A stretch of 64,000 nucleotides of DNA, from contig OZ037767.1 in assembly GCA_964035545.1 (NCBI GenBank), positions 22,212,628-22,276,627 on the forward strand, read 5' to 3'. The translations under genes and the position numbers were made by a program. Positions 39,222 to 52,200 of the stretch are shown here, one piece after another (within the stretch, counting starts at the first letter, position 1; every line of letters begins with the position of its first letter). Source of the DNA: Bugula neritina (Eukaryota; Animalia; Bryozoa). The notes beneath the pieces are model-generated. The model worked only from the letters and a program-made list of their open reading frames with translations, ran no database searches and was not told the DNA's origin.

Positions 39222-42200
39222 ATGGCGTCAATTGCTATGAACTCAGCAAATAACCAATATACAACTAATATTAACTCTTATGGCATCACGCAACCGGAGT
39301 GGTTGACTTCTGAACATTGTACAGGGGTAAGCAATAAAAATTTAACTTTTATTTTTTATATGGTATGATTTAAAGTTGAAAGTTAAACTTGAACTTAAAG
39401 TAAAACTTGGAGCTAAAATCGAAATGTTTATGTTGATTGCGAATGAATGATTATCAATCAACTCATCACCATGATGATGATGATCATTATGACAATCATA
39501 ATTACTATCACTTTCACCGGGTATTTATTTTAAATCTTGGGTATTTAAACTGTGGTGTAGAGCTAATTAGAAATTGACAATTGTTATTGGCGTGATGAAA
39601 GGTAATGTCTTCTCATGCTGATCATGGTTTATACATGTTCGTGTTGATGTTAGAGCCGTTTTCGCACAATTTGACCTACCAATTATAGAATAGCTTGCAT
39701 ACTCTTCTTGCAGACAGCTTTGTAGTGTAGATAAGGTTGTCCATGATTTTGATTTTCTGTGGCTGGTGTTTACTGTAAACGGTGTATTTAAAAATGCATT
39801 TTTATGCCAAACATGGCCATGCCAGTGCAGTTTGTGTTTTTCGAAAGGTCAGCTCTATTAAATGAGTTCCTTGATAAGGTATATAATCATAATCGTCTAA
39901 GGTGATGAATATTCGTGCATCCGTATTTTACCCCAACTGCATCATTGCGAACAGCATTCCTTCGGTAAAGAACTAACCTACTTAGTATTGGTTACAAGTC
40001 CATGCTCTTCCCAATCATACAATCATTTGACATTTTCTGTGGTGAAAGTATTTTGGTGTTTAGTCAATTGTGGTCTGATACTCGTTGGCATAGCGTATGG
40101 CAGTCTGCTGAGTTAGCTCCTCGCGGTATTCAGAATTTGTCATTGCAGTCATAATGTTTTAGAGCCCTGTTGATGTTGTGTCACTATTTATTAAATATCG
40201 TCTAATAGTCAGGAATAAGTATACAATAATATTTTTTCAGTGTTAATGTTAGAAGATGTACAAATGTGCATTTTGTCATGTAGACTACAATCATAGCTGT
40301 GCAATGCCAAGGTGGAGTCATTATCGGGGCTGATAGTAGGACATCTACTGGAGCATATGCAGCTAATAGATTCACGGACAAGCTGACACATGTCACTGAT
40401 CAGATATACTGCTGCCGCAGCGGTAGCGCTGCTGATACACAAGCTGTGACAGATGCTGTCAAACATCATCTAGGAATCTATAGGTACGTTTATCTTTCCA
40501 CTCTTTGTCTTATATCCCGAGTTTTCATTAATTAGTAGTTCACTCACTTTAACTAAAATAAATCCTGATAACTGTAAAGCTCTGGCGGTTGTTAGAATAT
40601 TGGGAGTTGTGCTTCTCCAAGTCTTGTACTGAATAGACATGAAATGATAATTAAATCTTATATTTTCAGGTCACCTCAAGATTAGGTTGTGACCAATCAA
40701 GGTGCATATAGAGATCTTATTATATTAACTTTTCTATGTGCCAATTCCGTGTACTTATGTGTTGTGCTGGGCCTTTGCATGGCGATTTTTCACATAAAAA
40801 TGCATTACAATTCTTTTATTAAGAGATTAATACAATAGCGTTCACCTAGGTAAAAGTTGATACTACTAAATGTTTATTTAGTTGTATGATATTATAGTTT
40901 TTATTCTACAATGTCAGAATTCTAAAACTATTTTCTTTATTTTCATAATATTGCCCAAGCTTGTTCTTTGATAATATGTGTTTAAAGTTTTTCATGTACA
41001 AAGAATGTATGTTTGTTGACTATCTTTCACCAGAATGCAGATGGAGAAGGAGCCCACTGTACATACAGCTGCTAATGTGTTTAGAAATATATGTTATGAG
41101 TACAGAGACCAGCTGCTTGCTGGAATCATTGTTGCTGGCTGGGATAAAGACAATGGTGGCCAGGTACTTGTAATCTAACTGGTCTATTATTAACTGTATG
41201 TACTATATTCTATTATAGTATGTTTTATTATAATATTTATTTATAATATGCTAGATTTTGTTATATTTTATTCTATTATATTCTGTGAATGCTTCTTTTT
41301 CAATTTTTAATAGTTCAGTTTTTCCGACAGTAATTTGTAAAACAGTTTAATTTTTCTCTTTGCTTTTGACACTTATACCAGAATGTAAATAAAAGTTATG
41401 CTATTTTTGAATTACGTGCTGTCGTTATACCATGTTTAGATTATGCAGTTTTAAAAGTGCACTGGTGAGCTCTTCTAATGAGACCATATAGTATGTATGA
41501 ACCTTGTGTTTATAAAAGATATGCTGATAAGTTTTGGAATAGAGAATTATGAACATTCTAATGCTTATTAGTTGATTGATTTAGTCAATTTCCTTTTCGT
41601 TTCCTTTGACTAACTGAGCATTTTATGAAACTCTTGATATATGCACATATCTCAAATCAGATTGAACTCTGTATTAGCTGGTGAATTTGGACTTATTGCA
41701 TTGTTTCACTAGTTAAGGATTCCTTCTCCATTGAATGGGATTCTTAAAACATGTCATGCAATGACATGTTTGAGTTAATTTGAAATGTGTTAGAACAACA
41801 GTTATTATTCTATCTTGGAGAAATGTGCTTTTATTTTGCTAAATTAGGTTTTGTTTGAATTATAAACATCATAGAGTTATAGAAGTTGTCTTCCATCACC
41901 TAAACATGTCTCATATGATTACCAGGTGTTCCGAGTGCCAATTGGTGGGTCACTAATACAGCAGCCACTAGCAATGGGAGGTTCTGGTAGTACGTATATC
42001 TATGGGTACGCTGATGCAACTTACAAAGAGAACATGACGAAAGAAGAGGCTCTCCAATTCTGTGCTAACTGTAAGTGTCACATGACAATCAACTCTGTCA
42101 CATGACATTCAACTATTTTAGAGTGTTTGGAATGTCTTGGGACTGTGGGCTAGGTTAAGAGTTATTACTTATTATATCTATACTTTAGTTTATTATCAAA

Positions 42201-42758
42201 GTGAAGCGTAGTAAGTCGAGTTGAAGATAGTCAAAGGGTTTTGGTTCCCGACCTCTTGTATAGTATACTATTAGAGTGACTCGTTTAGTGTACTACTCTA
42301 TTTGATTAGTCATTGACTGGCCAGCAAACTATGCAACTCTCTCTGAATACATGTTCTAATCTTCTGCATAAATTTCAAGTACTGCAGTCGCAACTACATC
42401 TTATCTAAAAATGAAAATATAAATTTTCAGCTGTGTGATGATTTGACAAAGTGACTTAGGAATTTCTAATTGTATAAAAGCAGCTTCGGTGTTTTTATTT
42501 GGTGAATATTGCAATTGTTAAAAGTTTATAGGGTTGGTTTAGTTTTGGCGATGTGTACCGGTTATACAGTTTTTCTATACTGATAGAATGAGTAAGCCTT
42601 TAATAGTTTTTTTATCACTATTCTGTGTAGGCATTTCTCTGGCCATCAACAGAGACGGCGGCAGTGGTGGAGTGATACGACTGGCAGCAATCACCGAGAC
42701 TGGCGTAGAGAGACACGTTCTGATGGGTGATCAACTTCCTAAGTTTTATGAAGGATGA
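39222..42758 (+). CDS. PSMB6: Proteasome subunit beta type-6 (beta1, constitutive type), 5 exons, ~235 aa
   Basis: Propeptide ...HCTG|[53 protein letters not shown]. Exons 39222-39326, 40284-40483, 41034-41163, 41926-42070, 42631-42758. S1 residues T20/T31/R45 as in constitutive beta1. Confidence 0.95.
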
Positions 42759-43446
42759 AAATTTGTTTATTAATTCCAGTTAGTTTATTATATTTGTTTT
42801 TGTGTATAATGCTGATATTCTGATATTCACTATGAATAATAATTAAAGTCATTTAAAATAAACGATTACCTCGAGAAATACTAGATTTGCTTTCTTAATT
42901 ATAGATCAATGGTTTCCCAAGTTATTTACAGGTAGTGTTGAGCTAAATATAGTAATTTTTTAGAGTAATTGGTGTTGCACAAACTTGTCAACGGGTGTAA
43001 TTAGTTAGAATTGCAGACTTGCAATGATTAAAATTTCTTTTAATTCAATTATCCTCTAGTAATCACAACTAAAAGACCAGGTAAAATCACATGTAATAAT
43101 TAACATTTATGTAGTTCTCGGTAAAAAAAATGAGCAAATTCGACTCTGCACTAGTCATATGAATAACCTAGGCTGGTATTTTACATCCGTTCAACCAGTG
43201 AACATTGTTTTTGATGATAGTCTTGAATCTCTCAGCAAGTATAATATGTGTCTTGACTGATTGCTTTTGGGAAAAGCCTGTTATGTGTGCTACTGCCCAA
43301 CTATCTGTTCTCAAGTTAACATGTTAGAAGTGGTATAATAAGTGTATTACTATTTAGTTCAGGTATATGTATTCGATTATAATGTGGATTGATATAGAAT
43401 AGATAGCAAAAAGTGATGAATATATGAATTAAAATATTAATCAAAA

Positions 43447-45326
43447 CTAATATAATAGAACTGCATAAACGTTGAGCCAGGCCAACAGTAGCCATTTAGT
43501 TATTTGGAGTTGGGTTCCCTTGCTGCAGGATATGCACATCTGAAAAGATAGCAAAGCAATGACAACTCTAATGTGTAAATTTAGGTAAAAAGACCAACAG
43601 AATTCACTACAATTCACTTGCTTTAATAGTTTAAAGTATTTGACTGTAAAGAATAGAATACTCTGGTGACTAATCACCAGATAACATACTTTTTGTATAC
43701 ACACTCCATCGTCTCTCCAGAAACTGGAGCAATATGTGGATTCAGCTTCATCATATTTCACTTGTATGTTTGTGTCTGGTGTTATTACATTGTAGAGACA
43801 ACCTTTCAGCGTATATTTTTCTTTCTTTAATACCTATAGCAGTTTTGTGAACAATAAAGTATAAATGCTATTTTATCTCGATTTAAAAGTAAATCACGCA
43901 TGTGATGAAGAAAATTGTAGCTCCAACACATTAATGCAGTCTGTGTATTATATAAATCATATATATATTTTGTATACTTTAAAATCTATAATATTGTTTC
44001 AATTAATTTGCAATAAATTTTTACCTGTCTTAATTATATTATTTAATTGATAGTAATGGCAGCAGAAAACATGAAATTATATAACTTGTAAACAACACTT
44101 TCTATTTTTGCAACTGCAATGAGTTATATAATATATCTACGAATAATTGTGTTGATTTTTTAATTTATGTTTTGTGAGTTTACAACACTAATGCACAGGT
44201 ATTTAATTAAGTTTCAAAATAATGTTTGCATTACGGGATCTAAGAAGTATTGGTGATGTTTAGGAAGAGCATTCAGTGATAATTGCTCCTGTGCCCCATC
44301 TTAATAAGCTCTTAGCCCTCTTTAACAAGAATTTTTTCCATTAGGGGTTAATTTTCGTTGAGACGGTGGCTATAAATGTGCTGGAGTGTTTTTACGTAAT
44401 ATGGAATTGAGAACCTCTGGAAGTTAATAAATTCTCAAAACGATAAAATTTAAGCAATATGGCAGAGTTATGTAATGTTCAATAGTTGCTATGTGTTCAA
44501 ATAAAGAATATTTTCTACTTAAAAATAGCCTCTTTCTTTAGCTATAGCAGCAGAGAGAAACTTTAAGCATACGTTTAGCATTGAAATGTATGTGTCTAAA
44601 GTAAAACATAGTGAGCTGTAACGTATTGCCACTGTCAATAATTACACTCGAGAATTAGCAGTATAATTATTATTACACATGGGAGAGTGTTAGTATTTAG
44701 AGTTATCTCACCCAGCAACCTTCCTCTACAGGACACAGATCTGGAGTCTCCTTGCAGCTGACTAAGTCTTGGTCTACGCTGTCAGCATGAATACTGCATG
44801 ACTCACATTCTGTGTAGTTCTGTGCTTTTCCTACATGTCACATATACTTTATACTATCAAAACCTATTATATATTATTATTGCATATTATTAGTATATAA
44901 TACTAGTATATGTTATTATTATAATATACTATATGTTATTGCTATATGTTCTATATTATTATAAATTATCATTATATATTACTTTATACTATATATTATT
45001 ATATGTTATATACGTTATATGTTATTGTTATATGTTATAAAACTGCATCATGAAGAATCATCACCAGCACTTTATAAAAGCTATAAAGCCTTATCTTCAT
45101 TCTATAGTCTAAAGTTTCAAGTTTTATTCACATTGTTTGTCCCATATTGAAATAAACTTTCAGTGAATTAAAAAAAATCAAGCATGTTTTTAAAATACAA
45201 ATCTGTATAAGTTAGAAACAGAGCAAATAGTTCATTGAAGTTCTTCAGCTTAAAAAAAAGTTTACCTGTAATTATAGCAGCTAAAAGCACAGCAAAACAG
45301 AAATATCTTTTCATCAGACTATCCAT
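43447..45326 (-). CDS. Small 10-Cys secreted/GPI-anchored Ly6/three-finger-like protein (~138 aa)
   Basis: Exons 45326-45266 (signal peptide), 44830-44712 (CESC...C...C...GCW), 43833-43690 (KGC...C...C), 43539-43447 (MCISCS + hydrophobic tail). Same exon structure as the paralog at 46225-63493. Confidence 0.75.
44249..44347 (+). mobile_element. Truncated SINE body copy
   Basis: ATTGGTGATGTT..GAAGAGCAT.CAG..ATAATTGCTCCTGTGCC shared with 36797-36890. Confidence 0.55.
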
Positions 45327-46224
45327 TTCAGCTCCTATAGCTAGTTTATTACTGACAGTTGGACCAAGTATACTCATCAATAATTGCATTATTAGAAAAG
45401 ATGTGTTCTCAAGCAGGTCACAACAAATAATATTATTGATCGGTTAATTGATCCCAGATTATTACAATATAAAGAGCAGCCATAGATATGTATGTACATT
45501 TGCTATATATAGTATATACAATATTTATATGCAACTATAACTACAACATTATGTTATATATTTATTGTTATACTGTTTTATTATGAGATGTCTAAAAATA
45601 TGACTTCAAAAGAGTTTTCTTCGTAAAGAGTGTTATATAAGTCTTATTTTCAAAAATATTTTGTAGTAAATAAGTAACGACCATTCCAAATAAGTTTTTT
45701 TATTATTGAGTTTGATTTTAAAACATGCATGATCAAACATAACATTATATAAACAACATATCTGTGACATATGGGATATTTTTGTTGTAATGTACATAGT
45801 ATACTTGCTCATAATATTTATATGAAAAATGTAGAGCTTGGTCATACAATATTAATATATTTTATGTATATATATTATTGTGTATAGTAATGCATTTCAT
45901 ATGGTGTAAAATAAAGCAGTTATGGCCCAGTTTAAGTGCTGGTTAGCAATATACCTTATGCTGCTTTTACATAATCAAATAATTGTTCTTCTATCTAAAT
46001 GAAAACATGGAGCACAAAAGGTCTCAATTGCAAAATTGTTCTAAGACATTGTGCTAAACCAACAAGTGTTTGGTTTTTGATTACCAAATAATGAATAATT
46101 TTGTTTCAATATCATGATAACATGTTTTAATTTATATCATAAATCTATAGCAGCTATATAATTTAGGAACTCTTTAAAAAAGTTAAATAAATAGTAATCA
46201 GTGCATTTTCTGTGTTCAATAACA

Positions 46225-49200
46225 TCACGTGATTCCATGACTGTATAAAAGGATGATGGACAGAGTGAGCAGCAGTATTCGACCATCTGATTGGACAAGA
46301 CCAGCGCCTCCTAGCCCGTAAATGTCGCAGCTGATGCAAAACTAAAATTTCACAATTTTGAAAGTTTCAAGACAATGTTTAGTAGTGAATAGAGTTAACA
46401 TGGAAACAACAGGAAATAATATGAAAGAAAATGTGCCAAAATGTAATTATTAATTGATAGTAGTAGTAGGTGGATGGTCCTGGCTCACTCTTCTTCCACT
46501 GTCGAGTCTTCGACTCGCCAGTGTCAGAAGAGCGATCCAGGACGCATCCACCTACTACTACTCTATTAGTAATATTATAAAAAAGTAGTGTAATATTATA
46601 AAAAGTAGTGTAATATTATAAATTTTATTTAGAAAAATATTTTTTTTTAAATAAGAAAAAAATATTTTTAAGGTGGATGGTTCTAGCTCACAATATAATA
46701 CTATTAGTAAGATAATAAATTATTATACGCTGAGAATATAATAATTTAGTGTTTAAACGTTATAACTTGGAAATGTGGGTTGAGATTCTGTAGATTCTAT
46801 TATATTACCATCGCTCGTTGATATAACTAATTTATTACCAACTGCTCCTTGTAATTTAGGAATAGCGTAATTATTTATATTATTTATTGTAATAAGATCT
46901 GAAATATTTATACCCGTTTTTACAATATTACCATCACTCGAAAGCATTAATAATAATTTTTTAATTAGTTAAACTATTATAATAAAGTTTTAAATATACG
47001 TAATCAAAAGGTAGTGCATTAGTAGCGTCTTCACTCGGTGTATTAACAAGAATTACGTCATTAGGTTTATGACTCGGATAATTATTCGAAAGAGCTATTG
47101 TAAACGAAAAATTATTATTAGCGTTAACAACTTTATTAATATTTATTTTACTATACGGAACATTATGTTCAGCACCGCTAATAGTATAAAATATATTTTC
47201 TTTAGACTCGTCAAATGGATTTACGCTATTACGAATATGTAAACCTAATTTTTTATCAGTCCAATATAATTCTTTCGTTTTATTATTAGGTGAACTTTCG
47301 TTATAAAATTGTAATAACGCGTGCGTTATTTCTATAGATTTATTGACTAAATAATCATTAATTAAATCTACCGTAAAGCTATTAATATCTTCGTAATAAT
47401 AAAATTCGCGTTTAGGTATAATACTCGTAATATACGCTTTATTAGTCGTTATATTGACTTTACTAAATTTATAGATATTCATTTATAATTATAATAAAGT
47501 TTTATTAATACGTAATGAAAAGGTAACGCCGCGGCGGTTATTTCACTAGCGGGAGTATCGGTTAAAATTACGTCGCTAGGTTTATGACTAGGATAAGTTT
47601 TTGATAGCGCTATTGATATTGAAAAGTTTTTATTAGCTTCAATAACTTTATTAACGCTTATTTCGCTAAACGGGAGATTATGTTCGCTACCGCTTATATC
47701 ATAAAAAGTATTTTCATCGGATACTCCGAATATTTCAGCGCTATTTCGAACTTGTAAGCCTATTCGCTTATCAGTCCAATAAAGTTCTTTAGTATTGTGA
47801 GCTTGTTCACCGTAAAATTGTACTAGGATATTCGTTATTTCAATCGGTTCATCAACTAAAAAATCTTTAATTAACGTACCTCCGAATCCGCTAGAACTAC
47901 CGTCGTAATAAATAAATTCTGATGGAATTACGATATTTGTAATATACGGTTTTTCATTTATTATAGTGGCTTTAGCCGAATTTCCAAAAATATAAACCGA
48001 ACTCATTTATATAAGTAATTTATTTATAATTAATTGAGGTGACTCGTGTTTAGACATTTCTTTAAGCCAATATAAACACAAGTGTCCGCATATAACGGTA
48101 TTAAATTTTTGTACTCTTTCGGTATTATAAAATATAGGCGGTTTTAAATATTTCATTATTTCTAGCGGTGGGTGAAGTCCAAAACTATCGAAATAATATT
48201 TTTTATTTCCATTTTTATACCAAGCTACCCAATGAGTACCGTTACCCATTAAATCGTCTAAATTTAATATACCGCATTCTTTTTTACGCGGTTTATCGGG
48301 TAAATCGTTTCTTGAAAATACTCCTCTAAAAAATAGTATTTTTAACTTTTTAATCGTAAACTCTAATTCAATATTTGATAGAGCTTTATTCGGTAATTTT
48401 ATATTCATTTATTATAGCCGTAAGGAACCGTTGTTATACCGTCTTTGAGTATAATTCTCTTATCATCCTCGGCCGACAGAGCTACTTTATTTATAGTTTC
48501 AGCGTACATCGTATGCTTATGACTTCTTAACACGTTCATTGTTCTAAGCTGATCTCGCCGCGTTAATAAACACTCTTTATAATCATCAAATGTTATGCGA
48601 TTATCACGAGTTGTTTTATTAATACCCTTACATTTTTTCTCTTCTATATCATCCATCTTGTAAGAATATAATTTAGCTCTTAGGCCTACAAATTCCGTAA
48701 TTTGTTTACCGCCGGCTTCATCCTTAAACTTCCCTATCACTTTTTTATTTTTACCGGTTGGTATACCCGATTTATGATTTTTTGGATAATTACTCGTGTC
48801 AAATTTATTTTCAATATCTGGTAATATATCTTTATAAAAATCTTCTGTTTTTACGTGATACATTAAACTATCCGTATCCGTAAATAATAATTGCGCTTTA
48901 TTATTATATTTATGTTAAATATACTCGTAATGAAAGTCATACATAAGGATTTTACTAATATCCAAAATTGCGGCTCCCAAATATACGGGTTTATCAAACT
49001 TTAATTTAGTTACGTTCATATGAACGGCTATTAAATTTTCGGAAAATATAGTGAAGCTTTTAAAGTTTGGTTGATTAGTAAACTTTTTAGCTTCGCTTTC
49101 GCTAGTAACCAATTTAACGTTAACTCTATTACGAATATCTTCCATCGTTTTACCGAACACGGAATTATTCATTAGCTTAAAGAAATCTTTTTCAAAATCG

Positions 49201-52200
49201 CTTCGAGCTAAAGTTCTTAGTTCGGTATTTAATTTTATATATTTTTCTAACTTATTAGATTCATTAAAGGTTATACCTCTATGAATTTTTGTTAATTTTA
49301 AGCCATACATAAGGCATTGTTTTAACGCCTCGTAATGTATAATATAATTTTTTTTATTATTTAAGTTTGGCACTAACTTTTCTACTTTGTTAATCGTTAA
49401 CCTTTCGGGGCAAAATGGATAATCTTTATGCGAGTCGTGTAATTTTTTAGAATATTCTAAATCTACTTCTAAAAAGCTGGGCAGAAAATTTAAACTTTTT
49501 TCCAAGTTTTTACATCGCTTTTCAGTCATCCACTTAAAATTACCCGTAGGTAAATTTTTGGACATAGCCCAACCGTATAAATTATTAGCGTCTAAATAAG
49601 TAATATAACTGCTAGGTTCGCTAGCGTTATAATTTTCCATGTACTTATTATTGGCTTTAGCGTGTCTATGACTGATCATACTTACACCACCCCTAATAGC
49701 CTTTTCAAAGAAAAGTAGTTGGTTAACGTCGGTAATTGGATCCAACTTTAATTCGGTAGTTTTAAGCATAGCGTCCCAACTTAAACCCGGGGCCGTATAG
49801 TACCAAGCGGGATCTAATTTGTAATATTTTAAACACACGTTTCTAAAGTTTTCAAAAACGTCGGCTAAATGTAATACATCAACTTTCATATATAAGTTGT
49901 GATATTCTTTAAATGTTCTCATATTAAATTCTTGCCAAACTTTTTGAGCGTGTATATAATCTTCTTCCGAAATATTTTGCTCGGTTAAGCTTGAATAAAA
50001 CTTTTCTTTAGGTGGTAAAGACGTTTCATCCAACACGCTTAGATTATTAAAATAGTCATACGGAAATACTCCTTTTCTTAATACCAAGTCTAATTGTTTT
50101 TCCTTATAATATTCACCTAAGTGTTTAAAGTCGTCGCGTTTTAAATTCGCCACTAAACTCGCTAAATTAGAACTCATAAACTTATACGAGTCTAAAAATC
50201 GAATTTCACGCGTAACTTTAATTTTTTCACCTTCTTTATTGGTAAATTCGTCTACTAATAATTTTTTACTAAAAGATATATATTTTTCTTCGGTATTAGG
50301 TATACACGAAGGTTCACCGCCTAAATTTTTAATAAATAAGTGGGCGTCATAACCCGACAAATTATGAATAAATACTGGATAAAATTTTGGAACTTTATAA
50401 TTTAAATTACAATTTTTATGCGCGGCTCCTCTATAATTTCCGGTTAAGTGACAGTGATCTCTTACTCTGTCATTACTTAATTCTTCTTCGCATATATAAC
50501 AAATTTTGGCCAACTCAAAAAACTTTTGCTCGTTAGTCGTAATTTGCATAGTTTTAGCGAATTTATGTTTTTTATAAATATTTTTAATATCGAGTTCTAA
50601 TAGTCTTATAAATTGTTCGCCAATATCTTCGTCTTCAGTTTCTTTAGTATAACTTCTATAATTACACTCGCCGGTAATGCTTACTATATAATATCCAAAA
50701 CCCGACGGTTCGTGTTGTTGATATTGATTAGTATAACTTTCTTTAAAATTAGGATTACAGCCTTGTATAGGCTTTGTAAAACATTCAAAATCCGCGTATA
50801 CTACAAACGGTACTCTCATACCACGACAATAATGACTAGACTGAAATTTTATTTTATCTTCTAATTTTGGAAATGTCGTAGTCACGCTATCGTTTTTTAA
50901 GCACCAATCTTGATGCTTTTTTAATGATTCGTTAGATCGAAACGAATTCATACAATTTACGCAAATATGTTTAGCGTTAACGCGTTTATTTATTTGCGAA
51001 CCGAGTAATTTATTTAAATTTTTAATATACGTATAATGATTTTTTTTGCCATCAGTTATATAAAGTAAATTTATAATTTTATTCCGACTGCTAGTTTTTC
51101 TCCATAAATTTATCGTTTTATTGTCCCACATAAATACATTAATTCCTATTGAGGGATTAACTTTTTCAAAAGCGTCGATGGATTCTTTCGTAGCCGGAAA
51201 TTCTACTCCTTCCCATAATAATTTATTAACGTGCTCTTTATAATTACTAATTCTTTCAACATTTTTATTAACCGGATAAACTCCCATTAAAATGGCCCAC
51301 ATAAAGCATTTATTGTCTTTATTTTTTGGATTTATTACGGCTTTCTTTAATTTAATTTCTTTTGGAAGATCAATCCACGATGATCCGTTAAGAGGTTGAT
51401 ATTTATTAATATTAATTTCCATTTTTTTAATGGCTTTAAACGTCCAGCTACTTCCTTTCGCGTTTAATGAAGCAAAATTTTCTTTTATACGTTGAATTAT
51501 TTCATTGTATACTTCATTAATATTTGTAGAAGCTAATATAATTTCGACATTTGATGTAAATGGCATAGTTTCTATAATAATTTCTCCGGTACTTATATTA
51601 TGCTTTTTCATTTCGCAATATATAAATATTTTAACTTTTATAGTAGGTTTTAATAATTCTATTACATTTAATTTTACTAGTTTACTAAACGAATCTATAT
51701 CGTATTTGGGTAAACCTTTAATTTCATAAGTTTGAAACCAACCGTTAGCGGCTTGTTCTTTAAGTTTAGGCTGATTATATAAAGCCATAATTTTATCCTT
51801 AATTGGATTTATAATTTTTGTAATTGGCTTTATAACCCATTTTTTTATATTACGCGTAGTTTGCGTAAATATTTCTCGCATAATTTTTTTTACGGGTGTA
51901 GGTATTAACGGGGCTTGTCCTATATTTGGAACGGGTTCGTCCATAGGCGATAATAGCCGTATAAGTTCGGCTTTTTTTAATCGAGAATATCGTTTCAATC
52001 CTCTTTCTTTAGCTAAAGCTTTTAAAGCTTTTACGGTAATTTTTGTATTGAACTCCATTTATATAATATATTCTTTAATAGTAATATCAATTTTTAATAT
52101 TATTACTTATGTAAAATAAGTAATAATACTGAGAAACTAACGTGAGCTGTTTTCTTCTTTTAGTTTATAAGCTTCGCGTTTTAAAATACTTTTTATATAA

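Noticed and set aside
40284-40483. Immunoproteasome-like (PSMB9) identity suggested by Phe in NRFTDK
   Set aside because: The Phe is at position 30; S1 residues T20, T31 and R45 are of the constitutive beta1 type.
46300-46318. CTCF-like motif beside the Polinton
   Set aside because: Weak match that lies in the coding terminal exon (GLGGAG).
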